The notes under the pieces were generated by a model. The model searched no databases. It saw only the letters and a program-made list of their open reading frames with translations, and was not told the DNA's origin. Below, piece after piece: positions 16,708 through 25,814 of a stretch of DNA of 64,000 bases. Both the position numbers and the translations under genes were made by a program. Numbering within the stretch: position 1 is the first letter of the stretch; each line of letters starts with the position of its first letter. The stretch is from Gemmatimonadota bacterium (lineage in GTDB: Bacteria; Gemmatimonadota; Gemmatimonadetes; Palauibacterales; KS3-K002): positions 11,470 through 75,469 of the forward strand of contig JAZGAL010000070.1 of the NCBI GenBank assembly GCA_036475815.1. The letters are read 5' to 3'.

Positions 16708-18459
16708 TCAGTATCCCAGCGCCCTGCCGCCTTCGTTGCGTGGATCGGACGCTCCGTACAGCGTACCGTCCGGCCCGCGGATGATCAGCTGGATGTCACC
16801 GAAGTAGCCGGCGTTGGGCGAGAGAGTGTGCCCCATCGCGGCAAGAGCCGATCGGGTCATGGCGTCCATGCCGTTATTCTCTATATAGAGCCGGTCGGGC
16901 AGTAGCTGGTGATGCACGCGCGGGGCGTCGGTCGCATCTCGCACGTCCATGCCGAAGTCGATGACATAGATGATCACCTGGGCGACCGACGTGATGATCC
17001 TCGGACCGCCGGGCGAGCCGACGACGAGGAGAAGCTGGCCCTGGGGATCCAGCACGATCGTTGGACTCATAGCCGAGAGCGGTCGGCGGCCTGGGCCCAC
17101 CAGATTGGCGTCGCTCTGAACCAGGCCGTACTGATTCGAGTAGCCTGCGCGCACGGTGAAGTCATCCATCTCGTTGTTCAGGAAGAAGCCGGCGCGCGGC
17201 ACCACCACACCCGATCCGAAGCCCGAGTTGATCGTGTAGGTGAGAGCTACGGCGTTGCCCGCGCTGTCCACGATCGAAAAGTGAGTGGTATTCGCCCCTT
17301 CGCTCAGCACGGGAACCCTGTTGAAGGACTCCGATGACGAGGCCCGGCTTCGCGAGATGCCGGCGCGCAGCTCCGCCGCGTAATCCTCGCTGATGAGCAT
17401 GTCGATCGGCATGTCCACAAAGTCGGGATCGCCCAGGTAGTAGTTCCGGTCGGCAAAGGCGCGGCGGAAGCTCTCCACGATGAGGTGGACCGACTCCGGC
17501 GTGTTGTAACCCAGCCGGCCCAGGTTGTAGCCCTCCAGGATGTTCAGCGTCTCCGCGATCGTGACGCCGCCCGACGATGGTGGCGACACCGCGATCAGCG
17601 TATGGCCGCGGTACTCAGAGATGATCGGATCACGCCACTTCGCCTTGTAACGGCTGAGATCCTCGTGCGTAATCAAGCCGCCGTAATCACGCATGGCCTC
17701 CACGATCATGTCGGCGATGCGCCCGCGGTAGAACGCGTACTTGCCCTCGGCCGCGATCAGGCGCAGCGTCTCCGCCAGCATGGGCTGCTGGAACATCGCC
17801 CCGACACGCAACGGCTCGCCGCCGGGATAGAAGATCTGCTGGGTCGTCTTGAACTGGGTCAGCGTCGTCGCTTTGGTCGAGAGGGCCCGGTTCAACCGCG
17901 CGTCCACCGTAAAGCCGTTCTGCGCCAGGTCTATCGCCGGTGCGAGTAGGTCCTCCCATTCGAGCGAGCCGTATCGCTCGTGCAGTTCGGCGAGGCCCGC
18001 CACGGTGCCGGGCACGCCCACGGCTTGGTAGCCGACCCGTGAAGCGTCCGTCGGCCTACCCTCGTCGTCCAGGTAGTCTTCAGGCACCAGCGACAGAGGC
18101 GCGGTCTCTCTGAAGTCAAGCGTCGCCGTATCACCGCCCGCCATCCGGATCACGGCGAAGCCGCCACCCCCGATGTTGCCGGCCTGCGGGTAGACGACCG
18201 CTAGAGCGAAGCCGACGGCGACGGCGGCGTCGATGGCGTTGCCACCCTTCTGCAGGATATCCAGGCCCACTCGCGTCGCCCGGATATCGGTGGTCGCGAC
18301 CATCCCCTGCGTGCCGGTGCCGCTTGGCTCGAGGCCACGGAACGCCCAGTCGAAGGGAAAGTCGACGCTGCTCCCCCCACCCGTCGCGCTGGGTCCCGAT
18401 GAGGGCGGCGTGCAGGCCAACGTGAGGCTGAGGGCTAGCAAGAGGCTAAGGGGCCGCAT
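16708..18459 (-). CDS. ggt: Gamma-glutamyltranspeptidase, secreted or lipoprotein-like
   Basis: Autoprocessing motif ANTTHFSIVD and GSPGGPRI. I prefer the internal ATG at 18459 (preceded by AAGGAAAGGAAG, giving MRPLSLLLALSLTLAC signal peptide) over the track start at 18498. Confidence 0.9.
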   Translation of the reverse strand: MRPLSLLLALSLTLACTPPSSGPSATGGGSSVDFPFDWAFRGLEPSGTGTQGMVATTDIRATRVGLDILQKGGNAIDAAVAVGFALAVVYPQAGNIGGGGFAVIRMAGGDTATLDFRETAPLSLVPEDYLDDEGRPTDASRVGYQAVGVPGTVAGLAELHERYGSLEWEDLLAPAIDLAQNGFTVDARLNRALSTKATTLTQFKTTQQIFYPGGEPLRVGAMFQQPMLAETLRLIAAEGKYAFYRGRIADMIVEAMRDYGGLITHEDLSRYKAKWRDPIISEYRGHTLIAVSPPSSGGVTIAETLNILEGYNLGRLGYNTPESVHLIVESFRRAFADRNYYLGDPDFVDMPIDMLISEDYAAELRAGISRSRASSSESFNRVPVLSEGANTTHFSIVDSAGNAVALTYTINSGFGSGVVVPRAGFFLNNEMDDFTVRAGYSNQYGLVQSDANLVGPGRRPLSAMSPTIVLDPQGQLLLVVGSPGGPRIITSVAQVIIYVIDFGMDVRDATDAPRVHHQLLPDRLYIENNGMDAMTRSALAAMGHTLSPNAGYFGDIQLIIRGPDGTLYGASDPRNEGGRALGY

Positions 18460-18502
18460 ATGAGCTTCCTTTCCTTCTAAGATTGATTGACCGTTCACCG
18501 GG

Positions 18503-19186
18503 CTACAGGCCGACCTTCGGGCAGAGATCCTCCAGCACGCACTCGTCGCAGGCGGGGCGGCCGGCCCGGCACACCGCGCGCCCGTGACGAATCAGCTGGA
18601 TGTGAAAAGAGAAGCGTAGCTCCGGCGGCACTGAGCTATCGTGGTTGAGAATCACGTGAGCCTGCTCCGCGGTGGCGCGGGCTGGGATCAAACCCAGCCG
18701 GCGCGACACGCGGTGAACGTGGGTGTCCACCGGCATGTATGACCTGCCCATGGAGAAGCAGAGCACGCAGGCGGCGGTCTTCACGCCGACGCCGCGGAAG
18801 CTTGTCAGGTACTCGACCACCTCTTCATCCGACAGTTCATCCAGATGCGAGAGGTCGAGCTCACCACGCTCCTCGACGAGGGCGTGCAGCGTTTCCTGCA
18901 GCACCTTCGCCTTCTGTCTCCAGAGGCCGGCCGGCCTGATCGTGTTTTCGACCTCGGCCCTCGCGGCTCGACGCACCGCGTCCCAGTCGGGGAAGCGCGC
19001 CCTGAGCGCTTCGTAGGCCCGATCGCGATTCGCGTCCGACGTGCTCTGGCTCAGGATCGTGAGCATGAGCTCGTCCAATGGAGCGAGCCGCTGCTTCTTC
19101 GCCGGCCCGTAGGACCGCTCGAGACGCCGGTGCAGGGCGCGCACGCGCCGGCGTGCCAAGCGCGGCGGTGCCGCGACCGTTACCAT
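18503..19186 (-). CDS. nth: Endonuclease III-like HhH-GPD base-excision DNA glycosylase with 4Fe-4S cluster
   Basis: HhH GVGVKTAACVL...D and C-terminal CRAGRPACDECVLEDLC cluster motif. Confidence 0.8.
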   Translation of the reverse strand: MVTVAAPPRLARRRVRALHRRLERSYGPAKKQRLAPLDELMLTILSQSTSDANRDRAYEALRARFPDWDAVRRAARAEVENTIRPAGLWRQKAKVLQETLHALVEERGELDLSHLDELSDEEVVEYLTSFRGVGVKTAACVLCFSMGRSYMPVDTHVHRVSRRLGLIPARATAEQAHVILNHDSSVPPELRFSFHIQLIRHGRAVCRAGRPACDECVLEDLCPKVGL

Positions 19187-20361
19187 TCGGCCAGCGCCTT
19201 ATGAGCCGCTGCCGCCAGGACCGCCGCGCCCCTGGGCAGACAGCTCTCGTCGATATCGAAGCGCGGGGAGTGGTGACTGCGCGGATCGTTGTCGATGCGC
19301 GCGCCCAACCAGAAGAAGCACCCGGGCGCTTCCTGCGCCAGGTGTGCGAAGTCTTCCGCTCCCATTATCAGATCGGCCACGCCAACGTCCGCCTGCCCGA
19401 CCACAGACAGCGCGGCGGCCCGGACGAGCTCGTTGAGCTTCGGATCGTTGATCACCGGCGGGTTGCCGTCGCGGATCTCCAGTCGACCCTGACCACCTAA
19501 CGCGTCAGCCACGGCGAAGGCACGGCGCAGCTCGTCGTGCAGCCGGTCCCGCACATCCGGGTTGAAGTAGCGAAGCGTGCCCTCGAGCTGAACCTCGCCG
19601 GCCAAGATGTTCTCCGCCGTTCCGCCGGCGATCTTGCCGAAGGTGATGACCGCCGGCTGGAGAGGATCGATACGCCGGGCGACGATCGTCTGCACGGCCA
19701 TTAACACCTGGCTGGCGAGCATGATGGCGTCCAGCCCCTCGTGGGGCAGGGCGGCATGCGCGTTCACGCCCGTGATAGTGGCGAGCAGCGTATCGTTCCC
19801 CGCCATCAGCGGGCCTTCCCGGAAGAGGACCTGCCCGACCGGCGACTCCGAGGCGACGTGCAGGCCGATGACGGCATCCACACCCTCCATCGCGCTGTCC
19901 TCGATCATGCGCTTCGCGCCTCCCACGTTCTCAGCATCGGTGGTTTCCTCCGATGGCTGGAAAAGCAGACGCAGGCGGCCCGTCGGCAGCGAGCCCGCCT
20001 TCGCGCTCTCCGCCAGCAGCTGGGCGGCGCCCAGGAGACAGGCGACATGCGCGTCGTGCCCGCAAGCGTGCATGACGCCGTCGTTGCGGGAGCGGTACGG
20101 CACATCGTTGGCCTCACGGATTGGCAGCGCGTCCATGTCGGCGCGGAGCGCGATGGTACGTCCCGGGCCCGTGTGCAGCTCCCCGATACAGCCGGTGACG
20201 CCGACCCCGGTTCGCACTTTGTATCCGAGCTGCTTGAGCCGGTCGGACACGAGTGCTGCGGTGCGCGTCTCCTGGAACGAGAGTTCCGGGTTCGCATGTA
20301 TGTCGCGCCGGATCTCGATGAGCTCCGGGGCGAGCGTTTCAGCTTTCGAGAGTAGCTCCAC
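19180..20361 (-). CDS. M20D-family amidohydrolase (N-acyl-amino acid amidohydrolase / hippurate hydrolase-like)
   Basis: IRRDIHANPELSFQE, MHACGHDAH and FQPSEE motifs; overlaps nth by 7 nt. Confidence 0.85.
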   Translation of the reverse strand: MELLSKAETLAPELIEIRRDIHANPELSFQETRTAALVSDRLKQLGYKVRTGVGVTGCIGELHTGPGRTIALRADMDALPIREANDVPYRSRNDGVMHACGHDAHVACLLGAAQLLAESAKAGSLPTGRLRLLFQPSEETTDAENVGGAKRMIEDSAMEGVDAVIGLHVASESPVGQVLFREGPLMAGNDTLLATITGVNAHAALPHEGLDAIMLASQVLMAVQTIVARRIDPLQPAVITFGKIAGGTAENILAGEVQLEGTLRYFNPDVRDRLHDELRRAFAVADALGGQGRLEIRDGNPPVINDPKLNELVRAAALSVVGQADVGVADLIMGAEDFAHLAQEAPGCFFWLGARIDNDPRSHHSPRFDIDESCLPRGAAVLAAAAHKALAEW

Positions 20362-20477
20362 TTTGTCCCTTCAGGCTTTTTGGCCGAACCCGGACACGTT
20401 AGGTTTCCGGGCACACTTCGGCAACGGTGGGAGCCGGTGCCAAAGTCGGCGTGATGGGCTAACCCGAGACGATTGGC

Positions 20478-21404
20478 ATGGCAGACGACCTCTTCGACCC
20501 CAGGCTGACCGAGCAGTCCAACCCGAGGACGAAGGAGATCGACCTCGCGAGCCCGCTGGAGATCGTCGATCTCATCAACGCCGAGGACCGCTCGGTGCCG
20601 GAGGCGGTTTGGGCGCAGCGAGAGGAGATCGCCCGGGCGATCGAGATCGCGGTCGAATGCTTCAGGCGCGGGGGCCGCCTGGTCTATGTGGGCGCCGGGA
20701 CGAGCGGCCGCTTGGGCGTGCTCGATGCCACCGAGTGTCCTCCGACCTTCGGTACGGATCCCGAGATGGTACGGGGCATCATCGCGGGCGGCCATGCGGC
20801 GCTGGTCCGCAGCCAGGAGGGTGCCGAGGATCGGGCGGAGGACGGCGCCGCTGCCGTGGAAGACGCGAACGTCGGAGCGGACGACTTCGTCCTCGGCATC
20901 GCGACGTCCAGCACGACGCCGTATGTGCGCGGTGCGCTGGCGCGGGCGGTGGAGCTCGGAGCCCGGACGGGTTTCCTCTGTTGTACCGAGCCGGGAGAAG
21001 AGATGCGGGAGCTGGTCGACGTCTGTGTCGTCCCGCTGGTCGGGCCGGAGGTGATCGCGGGCTCGACACGCATGAAGGCCGCGACCGCCACGAAGCTGGT
21101 GCTCAATACGATCACGACCGGCGCGATGATCCGCCTGGGCAAGGTGTATGGAAACTTGATGGTCGATCTGCAGGCGATAAGCGAGAAGCTGGTCGATCGC
21201 AGTCAGCGCATCGTCATGGCGGTCAGCGGCCGCTCGCGGGAAGAGGCGCTGCGTCTTCTGCGGGCGGCCGGTGGCTCGGTCAAGGTCGCGATCGTGATGG
21301 AGCGCGCCGATGTGAGCCGTGAGCTGGCCGAACTTTATCTGGCTGAGGGTGATGGATTCGTTCGCAGGGCACTCGAGATAGCTGAGGCGGCGGAGCGCGG
21401 TTGA
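20478..21404 (+). CDS. murQ: N-acetylmuramic acid 6-phosphate etherase
   Basis: LTEQSNPRT...GAGTSGRLGVLDATECPPTFG...AGSTRMKAATATK is the canonical MurQ SIS signature. Confidence 0.9.
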   Translation: MADDLFDPRLTEQSNPRTKEIDLASPLEIVDLINAEDRSVPEAVWAQREEIARAIEIAVECFRRGGRLVYVGAGTSGRLGVLDATECPPTFGTDPEMVRGIIAGGHAALVRSQEGAEDRAEDGAAAVEDANVGADDFVLGIATSSTTPYVRGALARAVELGARTGFLCCTEPGEEMRELVDVCVVPLVGPEVIAGSTRMKAATATKLVLNTITTGAMIRLGKVYGNLMVDLQAISEKLVDRSQRIVMAVSGRSREEALRLLRAAGGSVKVAIVMERADVSRELAELYLAEGDGFVRRALEIAEAAERG

Positions 21405-22543
21405 GAGACTCGGCGCGTCGTTATCTGGGATTGATGTCGGGCACGTCGCTGGACGGCGTGGACGCCGCGCTGGTCCAGGTGGACGAGCAGGACGATCGCC
21501 TGGCTGCGCGCCTGGAAGCGTTCCTGTGCGTGCCTTACCAGGCGGAGCAACGTGCGGCCATCCGGGTGGCATTGGCTGGCGGCGCGAGGGAGCTGTGCCG
21601 GTTGAATGTGGAGCTCGGCGAGTGGTTCGCCGACGCGGCGCTGCGGCTTCTGGAGCGGGCGGATGTGAAGGCCGCCGACATCGCCGCCGTCGGCAGTCAC
21701 GGGCAGACGGTTTGGCACGAGCCGCCGGCGGCCGGGCAGCGGGGCGCCACGCTGCAGCTCGGTGAGCCCGCGGTGATGGCCGAGCGACTGGGCGTGCCGG
21801 TGGTCTCCGATTTCCGCGCGCGTGATGTGGCGGCGGGCGGCCACGGGGCACCGCTGGTCCCCATCGTGGACCGACTTCTGTTCTCCGTCCCGGACGGCTG
21901 GCGCGCGCTGCAGAACATCGGTGGGATCGCCAACCTGACCCTGTTGCCCCCCGAGGGAACGGCTGAGCCGGTCATCGCCTTCGATACGGGACCCGGCGTC
22001 GCCGTGATCGATGCCGTGGTCTCGTTGCTCAGCGGCGGCGCGGAACACTACGACGCCGAGGGGCGGAGGGCGGCCGCCGGCCGGCCCAACGAGGAGCTTC
22101 TGGCTGGGCTTCTCGATGATCGCTATTTCTGCGAGCGACCACCCAAGTCGACGGGCCGCGAACGGTTCGGCGAAGCCTACGCCCGGTCGCTGATTCGCCG
22201 GGGCAGGGAGATGGGCATCCCGGATGACGATCTGGTGGCCACCGCGACCGCGCTTACGGCGCGTTCCATCGCCGAGGCGTATGGGTTCCTGGACGCGCAA
22301 CCCGACGAATGCATCGTTTCGGGTGGCGGTGCCCGCAATCCGACTCTCATGCAGATGCTCGCCGAGCAGCTCGATCCGTTACCGCTGGCCGATCTGTCGG
22401 CGCTGGGTTGGGATCCCGATGCCAGGGAAGCGGTCGCGTTCGCGATTCTCGCGCACCTGTTCCAGACGGGTCGGCCGGGCAATGTCCCATCGGTCACCGG
22501 CGCCGCGGGCCCTCGCGTGCTGGGAAAACTGACGCCGCCATGA
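21401..22543 (+). CDS. anmK: Anhydro-N-acetylmuramic acid kinase
   Basis: YLGLMSGTSLDGVDAALV N-terminus and GGGARNPTLM. Start overlaps the murQ stop (TTG 21401; ATG 21434 is an alternative). Confidence 0.9.
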   Translation: MRDSARRYLGLMSGTSLDGVDAALVQVDEQDDRLAARLEAFLCVPYQAEQRAAIRVALAGGARELCRLNVELGEWFADAALRLLERADVKAADIAAVGSHGQTVWHEPPAAGQRGATLQLGEPAVMAERLGVPVVSDFRARDVAAGGHGAPLVPIVDRLLFSVPDGWRALQNIGGIANLTLLPPEGTAEPVIAFDTGPGVAVIDAVVSLLSGGAEHYDAEGRRAAAGRPNEELLAGLLDDRYFCERPPKSTGRERFGEAYARSLIRRGREMGIPDDDLVATATALTARSIAEAYGFLDAQPDECIVSGGGARNPTLMQMLAEQLDPLPLADLSALGWDPDAREAVAFAILAHLFQTGRPGNVPSVTGAAGPRVLGKLTPP

Positions 22544-24003
22544 ATTCCGCCCGCCTGGTCTTTCCGGCTCTGCGCTGGAGCGAGCGCGGACCCGATGAGG
22601 TGTGGCCGGAGGTACGCCGCGCCATCGATGCGGGAGTGGGTGGCTTCGTCGTCTTCGGCGGTAGCGTGGGCAAGATGCGCGAGCTGGTGGCGCGGGCCCG
22701 GGAGCACGCGAACCGGCCCCTCTTGTTCGCGGCCGACTTGGAGCGAGGAACGGGGCAGCAATTGCGGGAAGCTACCTCGCTCCCGCCCGCGGCCGCGCTG
22801 GCCGGGTTGGCTGACACCGAGCTGCTGGAAGCGGCGCGGATCACCGCGCAGGAGGCGGCCTTGGCCGGGATCGGCTGGGTGCTGGCACCGGTGGCGGATC
22901 TCGACCTCGAGCCCGAGAATCCCATCGTCGGCACCCGTAGCTTCGGGGCGAGCGCGGCCGCGGTTTCCGATCTGGTGCGCTCCTGGGTGCTTGCCGCGCA
23001 GGCCGAAGGCGTGAACGCCTGTGCCAAACATTTTCCCGGCCACGGCCGCACCAGCGTCGATTCGCATTCGGAGCTGCCGGTCGTCCTCGCCACGCGCGAG
23101 GAGCTGGAAACCGATCTGGCTCCGTTCCGGGCCGCGGTGGACGCGGGCGTTCGCACGGTCATGATGGCCCACGTGAGCTATCCGGCGCTGGATCCGACGG
23201 GTGTTCCGGCGAGCATGTCGCCGGCGATCATCAAGCTACTGCGGAACGATCTCGGCTTCGGCGGTCTGGTGGCGACCGACGCCCTCATCATGGATTCCGT
23301 GTCGGCTTCCGGCCGATCGGAGGAAGAGGCGGCGGTCGAGGCTGTGCGCGCGGGCTGTGACGTGGTGCTCTATCCGAGCTCCACGGAAGACGCCATCTCC
23401 GCGTTGGCCGCCGCCCTCGAGTCCGGGAGATTGGAGCAGCAGCGGGTGGCCGATGCCGTGTATCGAATCGTTGCTGCGGCGGCGTTGACCGAGACCTTCG
23501 CGGATGAGCCGGTCGCCGCATCGAGTTACGCGCGGGCCCTGGAATTGGCGACCGGATCGATCCGTCTGCTGCGCGGTTCGCAGCCCCAGACCCGGCCGGG
23601 CCAGAGAATGCGGTTACACGTTGTAGACGATGATGTCGTGGCATTGCCGCCGTCGATCGGCGCTCCAGGCTCCGCGCTCTCGGGACGGGACCGGCTGGCG
23701 CAGGCGCTGGAGAGTCGCGGAGCCAGCGTGATCGAGCCGCCGGCGGTGGAAGCGGCCGTCGACCTGATCGCCGTCTTCTCGGAAGTGAGGGCTTGGAAGG
23801 GCCGCGCAACGCTTGCGGAGGAGACCATCGAGAAGGTGCAGCGGCTGTTGGAGCAAGCGCCCGGAGCGACGCTGGTCCTGTTCGGGCACCCGCGTCTCGC
23901 CAAGCAGCTGCCGTTTGCCGCGAACGTCGTATGCGCCTGGTGCGGCGATCCACTGATGCAGGACGCGGTGGCTGAACGCCTGACGGTGACCGCCTCGCGA
24001 TGA
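22540..24003 (+). CDS. nagZ: Beta-N-acetylhexosaminidase, GH3 (NagZ-like) with C-terminal extension
   Basis: AKHFPGHGRTSVDSHSELPV GH3 catalytic motif. I place the start at ATG 22540 (ATGA overlap with anmK), not the track start at 22309. Confidence 0.85.
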   Translation: MNSARLVFPALRWSERGPDEVWPEVRRAIDAGVGGFVVFGGSVGKMRELVARAREHANRPLLFAADLERGTGQQLREATSLPPAAALAGLADTELLEAARITAQEAALAGIGWVLAPVADLDLEPENPIVGTRSFGASAAAVSDLVRSWVLAAQAEGVNACAKHFPGHGRTSVDSHSELPVVLATREELETDLAPFRAAVDAGVRTVMMAHVSYPALDPTGVPASMSPAIIKLLRNDLGFGGLVATDALIMDSVSASGRSEEEAAVEAVRAGCDVVLYPSSTEDAISALAAALESGRLEQQRVADAVYRIVAAAALTETFADEPVAASSYARALELATGSIRLLRGSQPQTRPGQRMRLHVVDDDVVALPPSIGAPGSALSGRDRLAQALESRGASVIEPPAVEAAVDLIAVFSEVRAWKGRATLAEETIEKVQRLLEQAPGATLVLFGHPRLAKQLPFAANVVCAWCGDPLMQDAVAERLTVTASR

Positions 24004-25736
24004 TCGCGCTCGACTGGCTGGTCATCGGCGCCTACCTGGTCGTCACCCTCTTCATCGGCATCTGGTTCTCGCGCCGCGGAGCCCGCAGCTTCGCGGAATT
24101 CTTCGTCGGCGGCCGCGCGCTCCCCTGGTGGCTGGCCGGCACCTCGATGGCCGCCACCACTTTCAGCGTCGATACGCCGCTCTACGTGACCGGCCTGGTC
24201 GCCCGCCGCGGCGTGGCCGGGAACTGGGAGTGGTGGGCCTTCGCCATGAGCCACGTCATGATGATCTACCTCTTCGCGCGCTTGTGGCGCCGCAGCGGGG
24301 TGATGACGGACATCGAGCTCACCGAGCTGCGCTACGGGGGCAAGCCGGCCGCGCTTCTGCGCGGCGTGCGCGCCTTCATCTTCGCGGTGCCGATCAACTG
24401 TATCGGCATGGGCTACGCGATGCTGGCGATGCGGAAGGTGATCGAGGCGCTGGGGCTCTGGGAGGCCATGCACATCGACCTGCCGGGCGAACCGCGGTTG
24501 TGGATCGTCGTAGCCCTCTCGGTCTTCGTGCTCGTCTACGCCGGGCTCGCCGGCCTCTGGGGCGTCGTCGCCACCGACTTCATCCAGTTCGGGCTCGCGT
24601 TGGTCGGGGCGCTGCTGGTTGTGGCCTTCGCGCTCCCCGACATCGGCGGCATCGACGGATTGAAGGCGGCGCTCGTAGATAGCGGGTTGGGCGACCGGCT
24701 CGATTTCATGCCCTGGTCGAAAGTCGCTCAACTGTCCATGACGACGTTCCTCGCCTACATCGGCATACAATGGTGGGCTTTCCGCAACGCGGACGGCGGT
24801 GGCCAGTTCATCCAACGCTTCCTCGCGTCGAAGACTGAGGACGATGCGATGAAGGCGGCCTGGCTGTTCAATCTGCTGCACTATGTGGTGCGCACGTGGC
24901 CGTGGATAGTCGTCGCGCTGGTCGCGCTCGTCCTCTATCCGACACTCGCCGATCCGGAGATCGGCTACATCCGGCTGATGCTCGATTACTTGCCCGCCGG
25001 GTTGCTTGGCCTGGTGGTGGCTTCGTTCTTGGCCGCTTTCATGTCCACCGTCTCCACCCTCATCAACTGGGGCGCCAGCTACATCGTCAACGACCTCTAT
25101 GCCCGGTGGGTACACCCGGAGGCCGGCGACCGCGAACAGGTCTGGGTTGGCCGCCTCTCGTCGGTGGTCATCGTCGCCCTCGCCGCCGGCGCGGCGTTCA
25201 TGGCTCAGGACATCGGCACCGTCTTCCGTTTCATGATCGCCATCGGCACGGGGCCCGGAGCGGTGCTCATCTTGAGATGGTTCTGGTGGCGGGTGAACGC
25301 GTGGGCGGAGCTGGCGGCGATGCTCGCCGGCATGCTCATCGCCCTGTTGTCGTATCTGCCGGCCTTCGGCGACATCGATTTCGGTGTGCGGCTGGCCGTG
25401 ACCGCGTTCGGCTCGATGGCGGTCTGGCTGCCGGCGATGTTCCTGACGTCGCCGGAGTCGGAGGAGACTCTCGAGAACTTCTACCGGCGCACCCGACCCG
25501 GCGGACCCGGGTGGCGCCGCCAGCGAGAGGCCAGCGGCCTGAGTCCGTTGCAGGATCTGGGCGCCGACGTTCGCTCCGGCGTGACTGGAATCGTGCTGCT
25601 GTTCGCCTTGCTGTTCGGCGTCGGCTGGCTGGTCTTCGGATTGTGGCTGAAGGCAGCCGCGGCGTTCGTGGTCGCGGCCCTTGCAGCGTCTCTGCTTGGG
25701 CGGGAGCGCGGCACTCGAGTTCGGCAGACGACCTGA
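24000..25736 (+). CDS. Sodium:solute symporter (SSS) family transporter embedded in the murein-recycling cluster
   Basis: 578-aa polytopic protein. FFVGGRALPWWLAGTSMAATTFSVDTP is the typical SSS N-terminal signature. ATGA overlap with the nagZ stop. Confidence 0.85.
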   Translation: MIALDWLVIGAYLVVTLFIGIWFSRRGARSFAEFFVGGRALPWWLAGTSMAATTFSVDTPLYVTGLVARRGVAGNWEWWAFAMSHVMMIYLFARLWRRSGVMTDIELTELRYGGKPAALLRGVRAFIFAVPINCIGMGYAMLAMRKVIEALGLWEAMHIDLPGEPRLWIVVALSVFVLVYAGLAGLWGVVATDFIQFGLALVGALLVVAFALPDIGGIDGLKAALVDSGLGDRLDFMPWSKVAQLSMTTFLAYIGIQWWAFRNADGGGQFIQRFLASKTEDDAMKAAWLFNLLHYVVRTWPWIVVALVALVLYPTLADPEIGYIRLMLDYLPAGLLGLVVASFLAAFMSTVSTLINWGASYIVNDLYARWVHPEAGDREQVWVGRLSSVVIVALAAGAAFMAQDIGTVFRFMIAIGTGPGAVLILRWFWWRVNAWAELAAMLAGMLIALLSYLPAFGDIDFGVRLAVTAFGSMAVWLPAMFLTSPESEETLENFYRRTRPGGPGWRRQREASGLSPLQDLGADVRSGVTGIVLLFALLFGVGWLVFGLWLKAAAAFVVAALAASLLGRERGTRVRQTT

Positions 25737-25814
25737 GCTTTTGACCCGTGGCGAGCGCGCGTCGTACATTCGGCATTAGGAAGTCAAGAACGAACGGAGG
25801 CGTTTCTGGGTGCC

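Noticed and set aside
19905-21851. 648-aa minus-strand ORF spanning the M20D/murQ/anmK region
   Set aside because: The translation is Arg/Pro/Ala-rich with no motifs. It is antisense to genes with unambiguous MurQ, AnmK and M20D signatures, a typical high-GC antisense ORF artefact.
22309-22539. N-terminal extensions suggested by the ORF track (nagZ from 22309; also cobB from 48784, nrdJ from 31616, PHP from 7805, smpB from 56448, cysS from 62093, ggt from 18498)
   Set aside because: The extensions overlap upstream genes or leaders and add non-homologous Arg-rich residues. Internal ATG/GTG starts coincide with the family N-termini, Shine-Dalgarno motifs or ATGA stop/start coupling.
23526-25769. 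747-aa minus-strand ORF
   Set aside because: It is antisense to the SSS transporter and the nagZ 3' end. The composition is Arg/Gly/His/Glu-rich and non-protein-like, while the + strand encodes a clean polytopic membrane protein.
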